Of a DNA stretch of 64,000 nt, positions 48,501 to 58,306 are shown one piece after another. Source of the stretch: Pseudomonadota bacterium. Lineage in GTDB: Bacteria > Bdellovibrionota_B > Oligoflexia > Silvanigrellales > Silvanigrellaceae. The DNA lies in assembly GCA_039799905.1 (NCBI GenBank), contig JBDLRP010000042.1:32001-96000 (forward strand), written 5' to 3'. Every line of letters begins with the position of its first letter. The stretch's first letter is position 1. The position numbers were made by a program, and so were the translations under genes. The notes below the pieces were generated by a model, which was not told the origin of the DNA, made no database searches, and saw nothing but the letters and a program-made list of their open reading frames with translations.

Positions 48501-51500
48501 AAGTGATGAACTTGCAGCGTCGACTTCACTCGAAATCAATGCCTTCATTTTTTCACTTTCGCGTATCGCATCAGCCTTCATGATCGTGGTCACTTCCTCA
48601 AGGCCATCGATACGTACCCTGAGCGCCTGCAGCTCTCCCTTTGTTGCGTAGTTTTGCGCAACGTAAGCCTTGAACTCTTCCTGCGCCTGAGCAACGGCTT
48701 CGACGCGTGCCGCCACCTTTTGGGTTTCCAATGCAGCATCTGCGAGTTTCTTCTCGATTGCCTGAGCCGACGCTATAATGGCGGCTTCGGTCACTTTGCG
48801 CTCAGCAGCAAGGCCGGTCTTCAGGTCATCAATCGTCGCCAAGGTTTTCTGGTCGATGGCTTTTAAAGTTCCTTGCAGTTTGGCAATCTCTTCTGCACTC
48901 GAGTTGGCCTGTCCGGCCATCGCGGCTTTCAAGTCATCTTCAAGTTTCTGCCGAGCATCCGCCTGAGCAGTGTTGAGAGAAGATAAATCGGCGCTGAGCT
49001 GCTTGAGTTGCTCGGCACGTTCCGATTTCTCGAGCTCGAGTGCAATGCGTTGATCCGCAGTCGCCGCAGCAAGCTTGGCATCGAGTGCCGCAGTTGCCTG
49101 TTCCTGCTTCGAGATAGCTTCCATGAGCTCTGAAACTCTTCTTGCGGCATCGGCCTCAGCCTTTTTCTGGGCTTCAATCAGGAAGTCGATCTGTGCTTTC
49201 AGATTTGCGTTACCTGCGTCAATTTTGCTGATGAGGGAACTGTTCAATGCCGTCAGGGCATCGCCCGACTCCTTCCTCAGTGTCGCAACGGATTCATTCA
49301 ACGTGGATGTGAGGCGTGATTCCGCATCTTTCAGCTTGCCTTCCAAGCTTGCGATGCTGCCATTGATTGCGTTCACCTCATTTTTCAGCTTTTCAGAAAT
49401 CTTGCCATCGAGTGCGGCAAGCTTGTTGTCCATTGCGGAACTGAGGTTTGCGAGGCCATCGGCGATCTTGGCATCCAAGACACTGCGCGCTTCTTTGACG
49501 GTTGTGTCCAATGCGGTAATTTTCGCATTGAATTCACCCCGCAGATTCTCGACGTCCTCGCCCATCTTCTTTTCAATATTGTCCGCACGGGCTTTGCCCT
49601 CTGTATCGACTCTGACAATTTGCTCGGTCAAGGCGGCCATCTTCAGCTGGGTGGCAACTGATTCGGCCTTCAATTTTTCCGTGATGTCCTGAGTTGTCTT
49701 TTTTAGTTCTTCTGCGGATTGAGCAGACGCATCATTGATCTTCTTGTCAAGTTCGGCTCGGACTTTAGCATCACCTTCAGCCATTGTTACAAGCAAGCTG
49801 TCTGCTGCAGCCTTCAAGTCTGCTGCAGATTTAGAGGACGCCTCCTCGATCTTGGCCAACATTTGATTCTTTACTTTGACAATTTCAGAATTTGTCATTG
49901 AAAGGTTAGCATTGGTCGACGCAATCTCATTGATAATCTGCAGCGACTGAGCCTTGAGTGCCTCGATTGCTGCAGAATTTTTTCCGGCATCAGCTTTCGC
50001 CTCAGCAGCAAGTGCATCAAGCTTCTTTTGCATGTCAGCTCGGTTCGCATCATCCGTGCTCTTTATGAGAGCCTTCATTTCAGCAGCAAGCGAGTTCTTG
50101 CTGTCAACAATGGCCTGCTCGAGGGCAGCCTTTTCACGAGCCACCTGGCTCTGAAAATCTGCAAGCGCCGCGGTCGTAGAAATGATCTTCTTCTCATTGT
50201 CAGCAATTTTGGAATTGAGAACGTTTGCCTTTGTTTCGAAGGCGCTCTTGGTGGAGGCAATCTCGTTGGTATTGGTATCAATTTTCTTCTGCAGATCGGC
50301 CTTTTGTGCGGACAGGGAACTCTCAAGCGAAGCAACTTGTGAGCGGAGCTCGTCTGCAGATGCTGCGCTGGCAGCAGCGATTGCCGCATTGAGATTTGCA
50401 GTTGCCGACGTCAGGTTGCTGTTTGTTGCCGACAAATCGCTGTTCAGTTGGGTCAACTCTGAACGCAACGCAGTTTCCTGAGCAGCAAGACTCGCAACAA
50501 ACTGTTCTTTTGTCTGGCTCACTGACTCGCGTAGAGCAGCCTCGGTGAACGCCAATTGAGCTCTTGTCTCGTCAATTTTCGCAGCGTTGCTCGCGATCGC
50601 TGCGGACAATTTAGCGGCCTCCTCTGACAGTTTCGCAGCGTTTTCAGCATTGCCGTCGGCAATGGCTTTCGCAATTTCCTCGTTTTTCTTAATTTGTTCG
50701 GCTCTATTTGCATCAATGGCTTTTGAGTTTGTATCGATAGCTGACTGTAGCTCAGTCTTGGTTGCACTGATGGAGGCAACCAGCTCAGCCTTGGTTTTGT
50801 TGGCAGCATCCTCAAGAACTGCTTTGGTATCCGCAATAAATTTATTGGTGGAGTCGATTCGCGCATTTGCACGAGCAACTTCATCTTGCAGCTCAGCCTT
50901 CTGCTGCTGAAGCTTGTTCTCAAGAGCGTTGAGTCCGTCCTTCAAGGAAGCAACATTGGTGTCCAGATCCTGCTTGAGCAGATCCTGAGCAGCCTTGAGA
51001 GCCTCCTCTTTCTGCAGCATCAGTTCCTTGTTTGCTGCAATCTCGGCAGTGTTCGCTGCAATCTTCTCGTTCAATTCATCAGTGGCTGAAGCCAGCTCTT
51101 CAAGGGTAGCAGCATTGGCCACAGCAATGGCCTCGCGCAACTCCTCATCTTGCACTGCCATCTCACCACGCAATTTGCCTGCCTCAGCCAAGATCAAGTC
51201 AGTCAAGGAGTCGTTCTGAATTTTAAGCGAATTCTTAAGGCCGAGCTCGGCTTCGGCAAGGCGGATAGCATATTTTTTGTCAACTTCACTGATGCTCTCA
51301 CCCAGCTGTGCATCAGCTGCGGCGAGTTTTTCGAACTGGCCTTCCATGTACAATCGCAAAACCTGATCACGACTGTCCACATCCTTGAAACGATTTTCGA
51401 CCTGCACTTTGAAGTCGCGCAACTCGAGTTCAAGGGCGTCAATGCGAGCTCCCAAACGCTTGTCTTCTGCCTCGCGTTCCAATTTCTCTTTATCGATGAG

Positions 51501-51728
51501 GCCCCGCAACAGACGCTCGGTCGCTTCCGCGTTGCGCTTTGTCAGTGAGTCAGCTGTACCAGCGCTATTGGCCTTCAGTTTGGTCGAAGAGCGGGCAGCT
51601 AAGTCAAGCAGCTGTTGGTCGCTGCTGCCTGAAGTGCGTCCGCAACCACCAACGGTGGACAGTAGAGTCAGACTGGAAAATGACAAAAGCGCCATACGGA
51701 TTGAATGATTGCGTCTGTTTGATCTCAT
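45507..51728 (-). CDS. Giant coiled-coil lipoprotein (2073 aa) with a C-terminal FrpC SPM-like Ca-binding domain, paralog B
   Basis: Lipobox VGGC, about 1300 aa of heptad-rich A/E/K/L sequence, and C-terminus FSPIILD..FDLDGDG..TGW..LAMDLDGNGAIDGGRELFG..GYAALAQYDSNRDGMID..LLVWFDRNKDG.S..GEL.SL. Confidence 0.88.
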   Translation of the reverse strand: MRSNRRNHSIRMALLSFSSLTLLSTVGGCGRTSGSSDQQLLDLAARSSTKLKANSAGTADSLTKRNAEATERLLRGLIDKEKLEREAEDKRLGARIDALELELRDFKVQVENRFKDVDSRDQVLRLYMEGQFEKLAAADAQLGESISEVDKKYAIRLAEAELGLKNSLKIQNDSLTDLILAEAGKLRGEMAVQDEELREAIAVANAATLEELASATDELNEKIAANTAEIAANKELMLQKEEALKAAQDLLKQDLDTNVASLKDGLNALENKLQQQKAELQDEVARANARIDSTNKFIADTKAVLEDAANKTKAELVASISATKTELQSAIDTNSKAIDANRAEQIKKNEEIAKAIADGNAENAAKLSEEAAKLSAAIASNAAKIDETRAQLAFTEAALRESVSQTKEQFVASLAAQETALRSELTQLNSDLSATNSNLTSATANLNAAIAAASAASADELRSQVASLESSLSAQKADLQKKIDTNTNEIASTKSAFETKANVLNSKIADNEKKIISTTAALADFQSQVAREKAALEQAIVDSKNSLAAEMKALIKSTDDANRADMQKKLDALAAEAKADAGKNSAAIEALKAQSLQIINEIASTNANLSMTNSEIVKVKNQMLAKIEEASSKSAADLKAAADSLLVTMAEGDAKVRAELDKKINDASAQSAEELKKTTQDITEKLKAESVATQLKMAALTEQIVRVDTEGKARADNIEKKMGEDVENLRGEFNAKITALDTTVKEARSVLDAKIADGLANLSSAMDNKLAALDGKISEKLKNEVNAINGSIASLEGKLKDAESRLTSTLNESVATLRKESGDALTALNSSLISKIDAGNANLKAQIDFLIEAQKKAEADAARRVSELMEAISKQEQATAALDAKLAAATADQRIALELEKSERAEQLKQLSADLSSLNTAQADARQKLEDDLKAAMAGQANSSAEEIAKLQGTLKAIDQKTLATIDDLKTGLAAERKVTEAAIIASAQAIEKKLADAALETQKVAARVEAVAQAQEEFKAYVAQNYATKGELQALRVRIDGLEEVTTIMKADAIRESEKMKALISSEVDAASSSLAQRIQNVEVSVAGVRDGLGGAIADYQKQIDAIKENMTKELSAVRSDMKNQDDALFAAIADNSAKQEAVNADLMLQVKTEAANFEWVSQNIKRELSDKIVALESQVDKTNTELKEEQEKVQKQFAEVVAAEQALKDQMTKEMTSLKDEIKAVAQIANQSLAMAQQHADQINLIKADVAAQKEHVQNQFKLTQGQIDGLNKNLEEMKADFNKRLAEVAANAEKMVANLGAEVQANFKKVATDLAQMKAQDKAMEGALSSHLVEVVDLKLDDASMTAFSDGVSADYGAVTKVMVNGKPTKGPLVNTLTMFGQLRRAFLAALQPKQPTRNGNKITRVEAFDASFVPIMASCGGKADADFANAFGRDSFDFLADEYISALVNSNRGSNMDALYFWQPKLTDGSSLHHYVMLESIRKVEGGADDPKCMSQIKAWAMGVLNGTSATSKDVRARLVADDGFKRAVTDFANSVTALKPSLANVEVRFAKMISSKHTTISAAMANMTSPSEKIGKVSPADAANTLLGKMAFTITEGVDSTFEAIERQEEFDTMINVQKRFAANEATDAAQTARISQIDKDVAAMKDQLAQFGKTAKDVKSLQDRTGNMESALSKALDVMMTLAIRSGEPTLVAATKAAGADIGYSPREIPKLTPQISEVQHFFTAPALANWSDTCTGTSIRRGAGVKFWHSHGTTQCWVNFRGIPGSQWASATSTIWFRVFGAADKMRVRANLCDKGVNSACDAEFNFQMNVSAATASVAGTSAKLTGQPAEGVFDIKMPGILEPFIRRSKSWYGESIQFTPFGGPTAGSTRSYTVQLFSPIILDFTNVGRPLLSSLEESKVRFDLDGDGVKERTGWIGGFDGVGLLAMDLDGNGAIDGGRELFGEGTRLAHSGKKARDGYAALAQYDSNRDGMIDSKDAAYSKLLVWFDRNKDGQSSAGELVSLASTGVTKVALKHKALKDAGRFVNGNELRTTAKFWGPAQCGSSGCSSYDVYFSTAFTTALKSK

Positions 51729-51777
51729 GCCACGCCCCCATGGGATGAAAAATTTGCCCGGGAAGTTCCAAGAGGTA

Positions 51778-51804
51778 TGCTCGGCGGGTTTTCAAAAAGC
51801 TTGA
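51778..51804 (-). promoter_or_regulatory. Sigma28/FliA-like promoter of paralog B
   Basis: TCAA-N15-GCCGAGCA about 50 nt upstream of ATG 51728. Confidence 0.5.
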
Positions 51805-51919
51805 TAACTTTTGTTAAATCACTCGAATCATTGCTTTAATTTGCCGAGTCTGGGGTTCTGTTCGACTCCGGAGGTGGTGCCAGATTTGCCCGATTTCCGG
51901 TGCCGTTTACACAAAATGT

Positions 51920-51954
51920 AAAAAAGCGGCGAATCCACCAAAGGATTCGCCGCT
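51920..51954 (-). terminator. Intrinsic terminator after paralog A
   Basis: 12-bp perfect stem AGCGGCGAATCC-6 nt-GGATTCGCCGCT followed by TTTTT on the minus strand. Confidence 0.9.
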
Positions 51955-51989
51955 CGCATTACTGACTGACGCGCAAAGAACCGTTCCGT

Positions 51990-54900
51990 TTATTTGCCCT
52001 TCATGACGGTTGTGAATGCGGTACTGAAGTAAACATCATAGCTGTTGCAACCCTGACTGCCGCACTCCTGTGGTCCCCAGAACTTCGCCGTAGTGCGCAG
52101 CTCGTTGCCATTGATGAAGCGGCCCGCGTCTTTCAACGACTTATGCTTGAGGGATACCTTGGTGACACCGGTTTCAGCAAGCGGCACAATTTCGCCTTCT
52201 CCTGTCTTGCCATCCTTGTTCTTATCGAACCACACCAAAAGGTTGCTGTAGACAGCGTCCTTGGCATCAATCATGCCATCGCCGTTGTCGTCATACTGGG
52301 CAAGTGCGGCATAACCGTCGCGTGCGCGTTTTCCGTTACGCACCAGTTTCGTTCCTTCGCCAAACAGCTCTAGCCCGTTGTCAATGCTGCCATTTCGGTT
52401 GAGGTCCATGGCCAAAATGCCCACGCCTCCGTATCCGCCGATCCAGCCAGTCCGCTCCGTCACTCCGTCTCCGTTCAGGTCAAAGCGGACTTTGCTTTGG
52501 TCAATGGATGTAAACTGTGGCCGCCCAATGTTTGTATAGTCGAGGACGATCGGTGAATAGAGCTGAACCCGATACGCAGAGGTTGCTCCAGCTTTGCCAT
52601 CTCCAAATGGCGTGAAACTGATCACCTCACCCCACCAGGCAGAATCGAGGTATCCATAGCCAAAGTTGCTTGACCTGCGGATGTAGGGGTCAAGAATCAA
52701 CGGCATCCTAAAGTCGAACACACCCTCAACAGGTTGACCGGTGAGCTTGGAACTGATGCCAGCGACACTCGTCGTAGCAGCTGTGGAGCTGAACTGATAA
52801 CTAAACTCGGCATCACAGGTCGAGTTAGCGCCTTTGTCGCACAAATTCGAACGCACGCGCATTTTGTCGGCGGCACCGAACACACGGAACCAAATCGTAC
52901 TCGCTGCACTTGACCATTGCCTGCTCGAAATACCGCGGAAGTTCACCCAACACTGTCCGCCCGCAGTCCAGAATTTAACGCCTGCTCCGCGGCGGATGCT
53001 GTTGCCGGTACAGGCGTCGCTTCCGTTTGCCAGTGCGGGTGCCGCAAAGAAGTGCTGAACTTCCGAAATCGCGGGTTTAACCGGACGCACTTCCTTAGGC
53101 GCATAACCCATTGCAGCGCCCGCTGCTTTCGTAGCAGCAACCAATGAAGGCTCACCCGAACGAATGGCCAAACTGAGCATCACATCGAGCGCCTTGCTTA
53201 AAGCGGCTTCCATTTTTCCAGTTTTATCCTGCAGCGATTTGACATCGTTTGCAGTCTTTCCAAACTGGGCAAGCTGAGTTTTCATAGCTGCGACATCTTT
53301 GTCCAGACTATTGATGCGCGCTGTCTGCTTTGCATCGGTGGCTTCGTTCTGAGCAAAGCGTTTTTGTACCTCGACGATCGCGTCGAACTCTTCCTGACGC
53401 TGGATTGCGTCAAAGGTCGCGTCGACACCGTCGGCAATCGTGAAAGCCATTTTGCCCAACAAATTATTAGCAGCATCTGCCGGCGACACCTTGCCCAGCT
53501 TCTCCGCCGGATTGCTGATATTCACCATAGCCTGTGAAATCGTCGTGTGTTTGTTGTTGATCATCTTTGCGAACCGAAGCTCAACGGCTGCCAGTGATGG
53601 TTTCAAATCGTTGACCGACTTGGCAAAATCCGCAACAACCCGCTTGAAGTTGTCGTTGCCGGCAAGACGCGCGCGCACGTCCTTCGACGTTGCCGATTTG
53701 CCATTCAAAATACCTGTTGCCCATGCTTTCACTCGGCTCATGCAATTCGGGTCGTCCGCGCCACCTTCAAGTTTGCGCACTGCCTCAAGCAACACGTAGT
53801 GATGAAGGTTTGAGCCGTCACTCAGCTTGGGCTGCTTGAAGAAGACTGCATCCATGTTGGAGCCGCGATTTGAGTTAATCAGTGCCGAAACATACTCGTC
53901 AGCAAGAAAGTCGAATGAATCCCGGCCAAATGCGTTGGCAAAATCGGCATCTGCACGGCCGCCGCATGCCGCCATGATAGGAACAAATTCCGCATCAAAA
54001 CCCTCATTGCGTGTCAATTTGGCTCCGTCGCGGGTCGGCATCTTCGGTTGCAGGGCCTGAAGGAATGCCTTTCTTACCTCACCGAAAAGCTCGAGTGTGG
54101 TGACCAGTGGGCCGCGAGTTGGTTTTCCATTCACGATGGTCTTTGTAACCTTACTGAAATCAGACGTCACTCCGTCTGAGAATGCAGTCATCGAACCTTC
54201 ATCCAGCTTGAGGTCAACGACCTCGACGAGATGGCTCGAAAGTGCACTTTCCATCGCTTTGTCCTGTGCCTTCATTTGAGCGATGTCGGTCGCGACCTTC
54301 TTGAAGTTTTCCTGAACTTCGCTGCCCAAATTTGCAACCAGTTTTTCCGCATTCGCCGCGACTTCAGCAAGACGCTTGTTGAAGTCGGCTTTCATCTCAT
54401 CCATTTTCGTGTTGAGCCCGTCAATCTGGCCCTGAGTAAGCTTGAACTGCTTAGCCACGTGCTCTTTCTGGGCTTCAACATCGGCTTTGATAAGATTGAT
54501 CTGCTCTGCATTTTGTTGTGCCATCGCCAAAGACTGATTGGCGATTTGTGCAACCGCCTTGATCTCATCCTTGAGGGCAGAGATCTCTTTGGTCATCTGA
54601 TCCTTCAAGGCCTGTTCCGCAGCTACCACTTCGGCAAACTTCTTTTGAACAGCTTCCTGCTCGGCCTTCAAGTCGGTGTTGGTTTTGTCGATCTGGCTCT
54701 CGAGTGCGACAATCTTCTCACTCAGTTCCTTCTTGACGTTTTGACTCATCGTTTCAAAGTTTGCCGCCTGAGTTTTAATTTGCAACATCAGGTCTGCATT
54801 AACTGCCTCTTGTTTCGCTTTATTGTCCGCAATCGAAGCAAACAGAGCGTCATCCTGAGTCTTCATGTCCGAACGCACCGAGGCCAGCTCTTTCGACATG

Positions 54901-57900
54901 TTGTCCTTGATCGACGATATCTGCTTTTGATAATCATCAATCGCGCCACCAAGCTTGTCGCGAACGTCTGCAACGTTGGCCTCGACGCTCTGTATCCGCT
55001 CCGTCAGTGCGCTTTTGGCAGCTTCCACCTCTTTCGAAATAAGTGTCTTCATCTCCTCGTTCGAGCGGACCATGTCTGCGTTCATGATCTTCGTGACATC
55101 TTCCAGGCCAGAAACGCGTGTTTGAAGCGCAAGCAACTCACCCTTGGTTGCGTAGTTTTGTGCGACGTAGGCTTTGAATTCTTCCTGCGCCTGCGCAACT
55201 GCCTCAACCCGCGCAGCGACTTTCTGTGTTTCAATGGCGGCGTCTGCCAACTTTTTCTCGATTGCCTGTGCCGAAGCAATGATTGCTGCCTCGGTCACCT
55301 TGCGCTCTTCAGCCAAACCAGTTTTTAGGTCGTCGATGGTCGCGAGTGTTTTCTTGTCGATTTCCTTCAGAGCACCCTGAAGATTGGCGAGTTCGTCGGC
55401 ACTCGCAGCTGCCTGTCCGGCAAGAGCAGTCTTCAGGTCAGCCTCGAGTTTTGCACGTGCATCAGACTGTGCAGTGTTGAGTGAGGTAAGGTCGGCGCTT
55501 AACTGCTTCAACTCAGCGGCCCGCGCCTGCTTTTCAAGCTCAAGCGCAATTGCTTGTTCTGCACTGGCAGCAGCCAGTTTGGCATCCAGAGCAGCGTTGG
55601 CGAGTTCCTGTTGACCAATCTTCTCCAGCAGGTCGGCGACCTGTTTTGCGGCATCCGACTCGGCCTTTTTCTGAGCCTCGACAAGGAAGTCAATTTGCGC
55701 CTTGAGGTTTGCGTTGCCTGCATCAATCTTACTTGTCAGACTCGTATTCAACGCTGTCAACGCATCGGATGACTCTTTGCGCAGAGTGTTCATGGAATCA
55801 TTTAATTGGGTTGTCAGTTTTTGTTCAGTTTCAACCAGCTTGCCTTCGAGGTTGGCAATACTGCCGTTGATCGCAGAAACCTCCGCTTTCAATTTGTCTG
55901 AAATCTTACCTTCCAGAGAAACAAGTTTGGAGTCCATTGCCGCACTGACGTTTGCCAGACCTTCGTTGATCTTGGCGCTGAGCACGTCGCGGGCATCCTT
56001 AACCGACGCATCGAGGGCGGTGATTTTTGCAGTAAATTCTCCACGGATATTGTCTATGTCTTCCGCCATTTTCTTCTCAAGATTCGCGGAGCGTTCTTTT
56101 CCTTCTGTATCGACCTTGACGATTTGTTCAGTCAATGCCGCCATCTTCAGCTGCGTGGAAACCGACTCTGCTTTCATTTTATCGGTAATGTCGGCTGTCG
56201 CCGCTTTCAACGCGTCTGCCGACTCAGTCGAAGCATCATCAATGCGCTTCTCAAGGTCTGCACGCACTTTGGCGTCAGCTTCGGCCATCTGTGTGAGCAG
56301 CCCATCAGCCGCCGCTTTCAGGTCTGCCGCAGATTTGTTTGAAGCCTCTTCGATCTTTGCAAGCATCTGGTTCTTAACGCGGGCAATTTCGGAGTTCGTC
56401 ATCTCCAGATTTGAGTTCGTTTTGGCGATCTCCTCGATAATTTCCAAAGATTGCGCCTTCAGTGCATCAATCGCGGCGGCGTTCTTGTTGGAGTCTGCTT
56501 TTGCATCCGCTGCAACCGCATCGAGCTTCTTCTGCATTTCTAGCCGATTAGCCTCATCAGTGCTCTTGATGAGCGCCTTCATCTCTGCAGCAAGAGAGTT
56601 TTTACTGTCGACAATCGCCTGTTCAAGTGCAGCCCTCTCCTGCGCCACTTGTGTTTTGAAATCGTCGAGTGCAGCTGTTGTTGAAATGATTTTCTGCTCA
56701 TTTGCATCAATTTTTGCTTCGAGATCTGCAGCCTTGGTTTCAAATGCACTCTTGTTGTCTGCAATCGCTTTTGTGTTGTCGTCGATTTGCTTTTGCAGCT
56801 CGGCCTTTTGCTCAGTCATGCTGGATTCCAGAGCAGCAACTTTCGACCTGATCAGCTCAGAAGTACTTGCACTCGCAGCCTCAATCGCTGTCTGCAAATT
56901 GGACTTCGCAATCTCGAGGTTGCTGTTGGTGTCGTTAAGGTCAGATTTTATTTGGGCAAGGCCTGCCTCGAAGGCGACCTGTTGATCGGTCAAACTTGCA
57001 ACCATCTGGTCTTTTGTCTGACTGATTGAATTGATCAGGGCGACTTCAGTCGACTTCAGCTGACTTTTTGTTTCCTCAATGGCTGCCGAGTTGCTTGCAA
57101 TTTTTGCAGCGAGCTCTGCAGCTTTTAAATTCAGTGACTCCGTCAACTCGGCATTGCCAGCGGCTATTGCCTTGCTCAACGAGTCGTTGACCTTGAGCTG
57201 CTCAGCTTTGTTGTCCGCTATAGCCTTTGCGTTCGCATCTATTGACGACTGAAGTGATGTTTTTGTTTCGTTGAGGCTTGCAACAAGTTCCGCCTTCGTC
57301 TTGTTGGCGGCGTCTTCCAGCAGCGATTTGGTGTCGGCGATAAACTTGTTGGAGGAATCGATACGTGCATTTGCCTTGGCCACTTCATCAAGCAGCTCCG
57401 CCTTCTGCTGTTGCAGGCTGTTTTCCAAAACATTCAAGCTATCCTTCAATGCTGCAACGTTTGTCGAGATGTCCTTTTTGAGCAGTTCCTGCGCTGCCTT
57501 CAGAGCTTCTTCTTTCTGCAGCATCAGTTCCTTGTTGGCGATAATATCGGCTGTGTTCTGAGCTATTTTCTTATCGAGCTCGTCCTTCGCTTCAGCAAGC
57601 TGATCGAGCGTCGCAGCGTTTGTAACTGCAATTTCTGCGCGCAGTGCCGCATCCTGGTCGGCAAGTTCACCACGCAATTTTCCAGCTTCCGCAAGCACAA
57701 GGTCTGTCAGGGAGTCGTTTTGGGCCTTCAGAGATTCCTTCAGTGCCAGTTCTGCTGCGCCAATCCGCATTGCAAATTTTTTGTCGATGTCGCTGATACT
57801 GGATGCCAACTGTGAATCCGCTTCTCTCAGTTTGTCGAATTGACCTTCCATATACAATCGCAGAACTTGATCTCGGCTGTCGACGTCGGTGAAGCGTTTC

Positions 57901-58232
57901 TCGACTTGTTCCTTGAATGTTCTGAGCTCAAGCTCGAGGGCATCTATGCGGTCACTCAGACGTTTGTCCTCAGCAATACGTTCGTCTCTCTCTTTGTCGA
58001 TGAGTCCACGCAAGAGGCGCTCAGTCGCTTCGGCGTTTCGTTTGGTGAGAGAATCCGCAACACCAGAGCTGTTCGCTTTCAGGCGGGTGGAAGAACGCGC
58101 AGCCAAATCGAGTAGCTGCTGATCGCTGCCCCCGGAATTGCGTCCGCATCCCCCAACAGTTGCTAGCAAGGTGAGACTCGAGAATGACAAAAGAGTCATA
58201 CGAATTGCTTGCTTGCGCCTGTTTGTTCTCAT
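51990..58232 (-). CDS. Giant coiled-coil lipoprotein (about 2080 aa) with a C-terminal FrpC SPM-like domain, paralog A
   Basis: Colinear with 45507..51728 from MRTNRRKQ...VGGC to YSPIVLD...FSTAFTT. Start set at ATG 58232 by alignment with paralog B and an AAGGGG SD. Confidence 0.88.
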   Translation of the reverse strand: MRTNRRKQAIRMTLLSFSSLTLLATVGGCGRNSGGSDQQLLDLAARSSTRLKANSSGVADSLTKRNAEATERLLRGLIDKERDERIAEDKRLSDRIDALELELRTFKEQVEKRFTDVDSRDQVLRLYMEGQFDKLREADSQLASSISDIDKKFAMRIGAAELALKESLKAQNDSLTDLVLAEAGKLRGELADQDAALRAEIAVTNAATLDQLAEAKDELDKKIAQNTADIIANKELMLQKEEALKAAQELLKKDISTNVAALKDSLNVLENSLQQQKAELLDEVAKANARIDSSNKFIADTKSLLEDAANKTKAELVASLNETKTSLQSSIDANAKAIADNKAEQLKVNDSLSKAIAAGNAELTESLNLKAAELAAKIASNSAAIEETKSQLKSTEVALINSISQTKDQMVASLTDQQVAFEAGLAQIKSDLNDTNSNLEIAKSNLQTAIEAASASTSELIRSKVAALESSMTEQKAELQKQIDDNTKAIADNKSAFETKAADLEAKIDANEQKIISTTAALDDFKTQVAQERAALEQAIVDSKNSLAAEMKALIKSTDEANRLEMQKKLDAVAADAKADSNKNAAAIDALKAQSLEIIEEIAKTNSNLEMTNSEIARVKNQMLAKIEEASNKSAADLKAAADGLLTQMAEADAKVRADLEKRIDDASTESADALKAATADITDKMKAESVSTQLKMAALTEQIVKVDTEGKERSANLEKKMAEDIDNIRGEFTAKITALDASVKDARDVLSAKINEGLANVSAAMDSKLVSLEGKISDKLKAEVSAINGSIANLEGKLVETEQKLTTQLNDSMNTLRKESSDALTALNTSLTSKIDAGNANLKAQIDFLVEAQKKAESDAAKQVADLLEKIGQQELANAALDAKLAAASAEQAIALELEKQARAAELKQLSADLTSLNTAQSDARAKLEADLKTALAGQAAASADELANLQGALKEIDKKTLATIDDLKTGLAEERKVTEAAIIASAQAIEKKLADAAIETQKVAARVEAVAQAQEEFKAYVAQNYATKGELLALQTRVSGLEDVTKIMNADMVRSNEEMKTLISKEVEAAKSALTERIQSVEANVADVRDKLGGAIDDYQKQISSIKDNMSKELASVRSDMKTQDDALFASIADNKAKQEAVNADLMLQIKTQAANFETMSQNVKKELSEKIVALESQIDKTNTDLKAEQEAVQKKFAEVVAAEQALKDQMTKEISALKDEIKAVAQIANQSLAMAQQNAEQINLIKADVEAQKEHVAKQFKLTQGQIDGLNTKMDEMKADFNKRLAEVAANAEKLVANLGSEVQENFKKVATDIAQMKAQDKAMESALSSHLVEVVDLKLDEGSMTAFSDGVTSDFSKVTKTIVNGKPTRGPLVTTLELFGEVRKAFLQALQPKMPTRDGAKLTRNEGFDAEFVPIMAACGGRADADFANAFGRDSFDFLADEYVSALINSNRGSNMDAVFFKQPKLSDGSNLHHYVLLEAVRKLEGGADDPNCMSRVKAWATGILNGKSATSKDVRARLAGNDNFKRVVADFAKSVNDLKPSLAAVELRFAKMINNKHTTISQAMVNISNPAEKLGKVSPADAANNLLGKMAFTIADGVDATFDAIQRQEEFDAIVEVQKRFAQNEATDAKQTARINSLDKDVAAMKTQLAQFGKTANDVKSLQDKTGKMEAALSKALDVMLSLAIRSGEPSLVAATKAAGAAMGYAPKEVRPVKPAISEVQHFFAAPALANGSDACTGNSIRRGAGVKFWTAGGQCWVNFRGISSRQWSSAASTIWFRVFGAADKMRVRSNLCDKGANSTCDAEFSYQFSSTAATTSVAGISSKLTGQPVEGVFDFRMPLILDPYIRRSSNFGYGYLDSAWWGEVISFTPFGDGKAGATSAYRVQLYSPIVLDYTNIGRPQFTSIDQSKVRFDLNGDGVTERTGWIGGYGGVGILAMDLNRNGSIDNGLELFGEGTKLVRNGKRARDGYAALAQYDDNGDGMIDAKDAVYSNLLVWFDKNKDGKTGEGEIVPLAETGVTKVSLKHKSLKDAGRFINGNELRTTAKFWGPQECGSQGCNSYDVYFSTAFTTVMKGK

Positions 58233-58279
58233 CACACGCCCCCTTGCGATTAAATAAAATCGAGTCTTGACATCAGAGA

Positions 58280-58306
58280 GGCTCGGAAGAGTTGAGGGAA
58301 TATTTA
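58280..58306 (-). promoter_or_regulatory. Sigma28/FliA-like promoter of paralog A
   Basis: TAAA-N15-TCCGAGCC about 48 nt upstream of ATG 58232, at nearly the same distance as in paralog B. Confidence 0.5.

Noticed and set aside
54231..56985. Long plus-strand ORFs (365 and 427 aa) and similar ones at 47574-49692
   Set aside because: Antisense shadows of the codon-biased coiled-coil genes, with no recognisable motifs.
45507..58232. Giant proteins as SMC, phage tape-measure or RTX toxins, or as an assembly duplication
   Set aside because: No Walker motifs or hinge, no phage genes and no GGXGXD repeats, and a lipobox is present. The copies differ at many synonymous and amino-acid sites.
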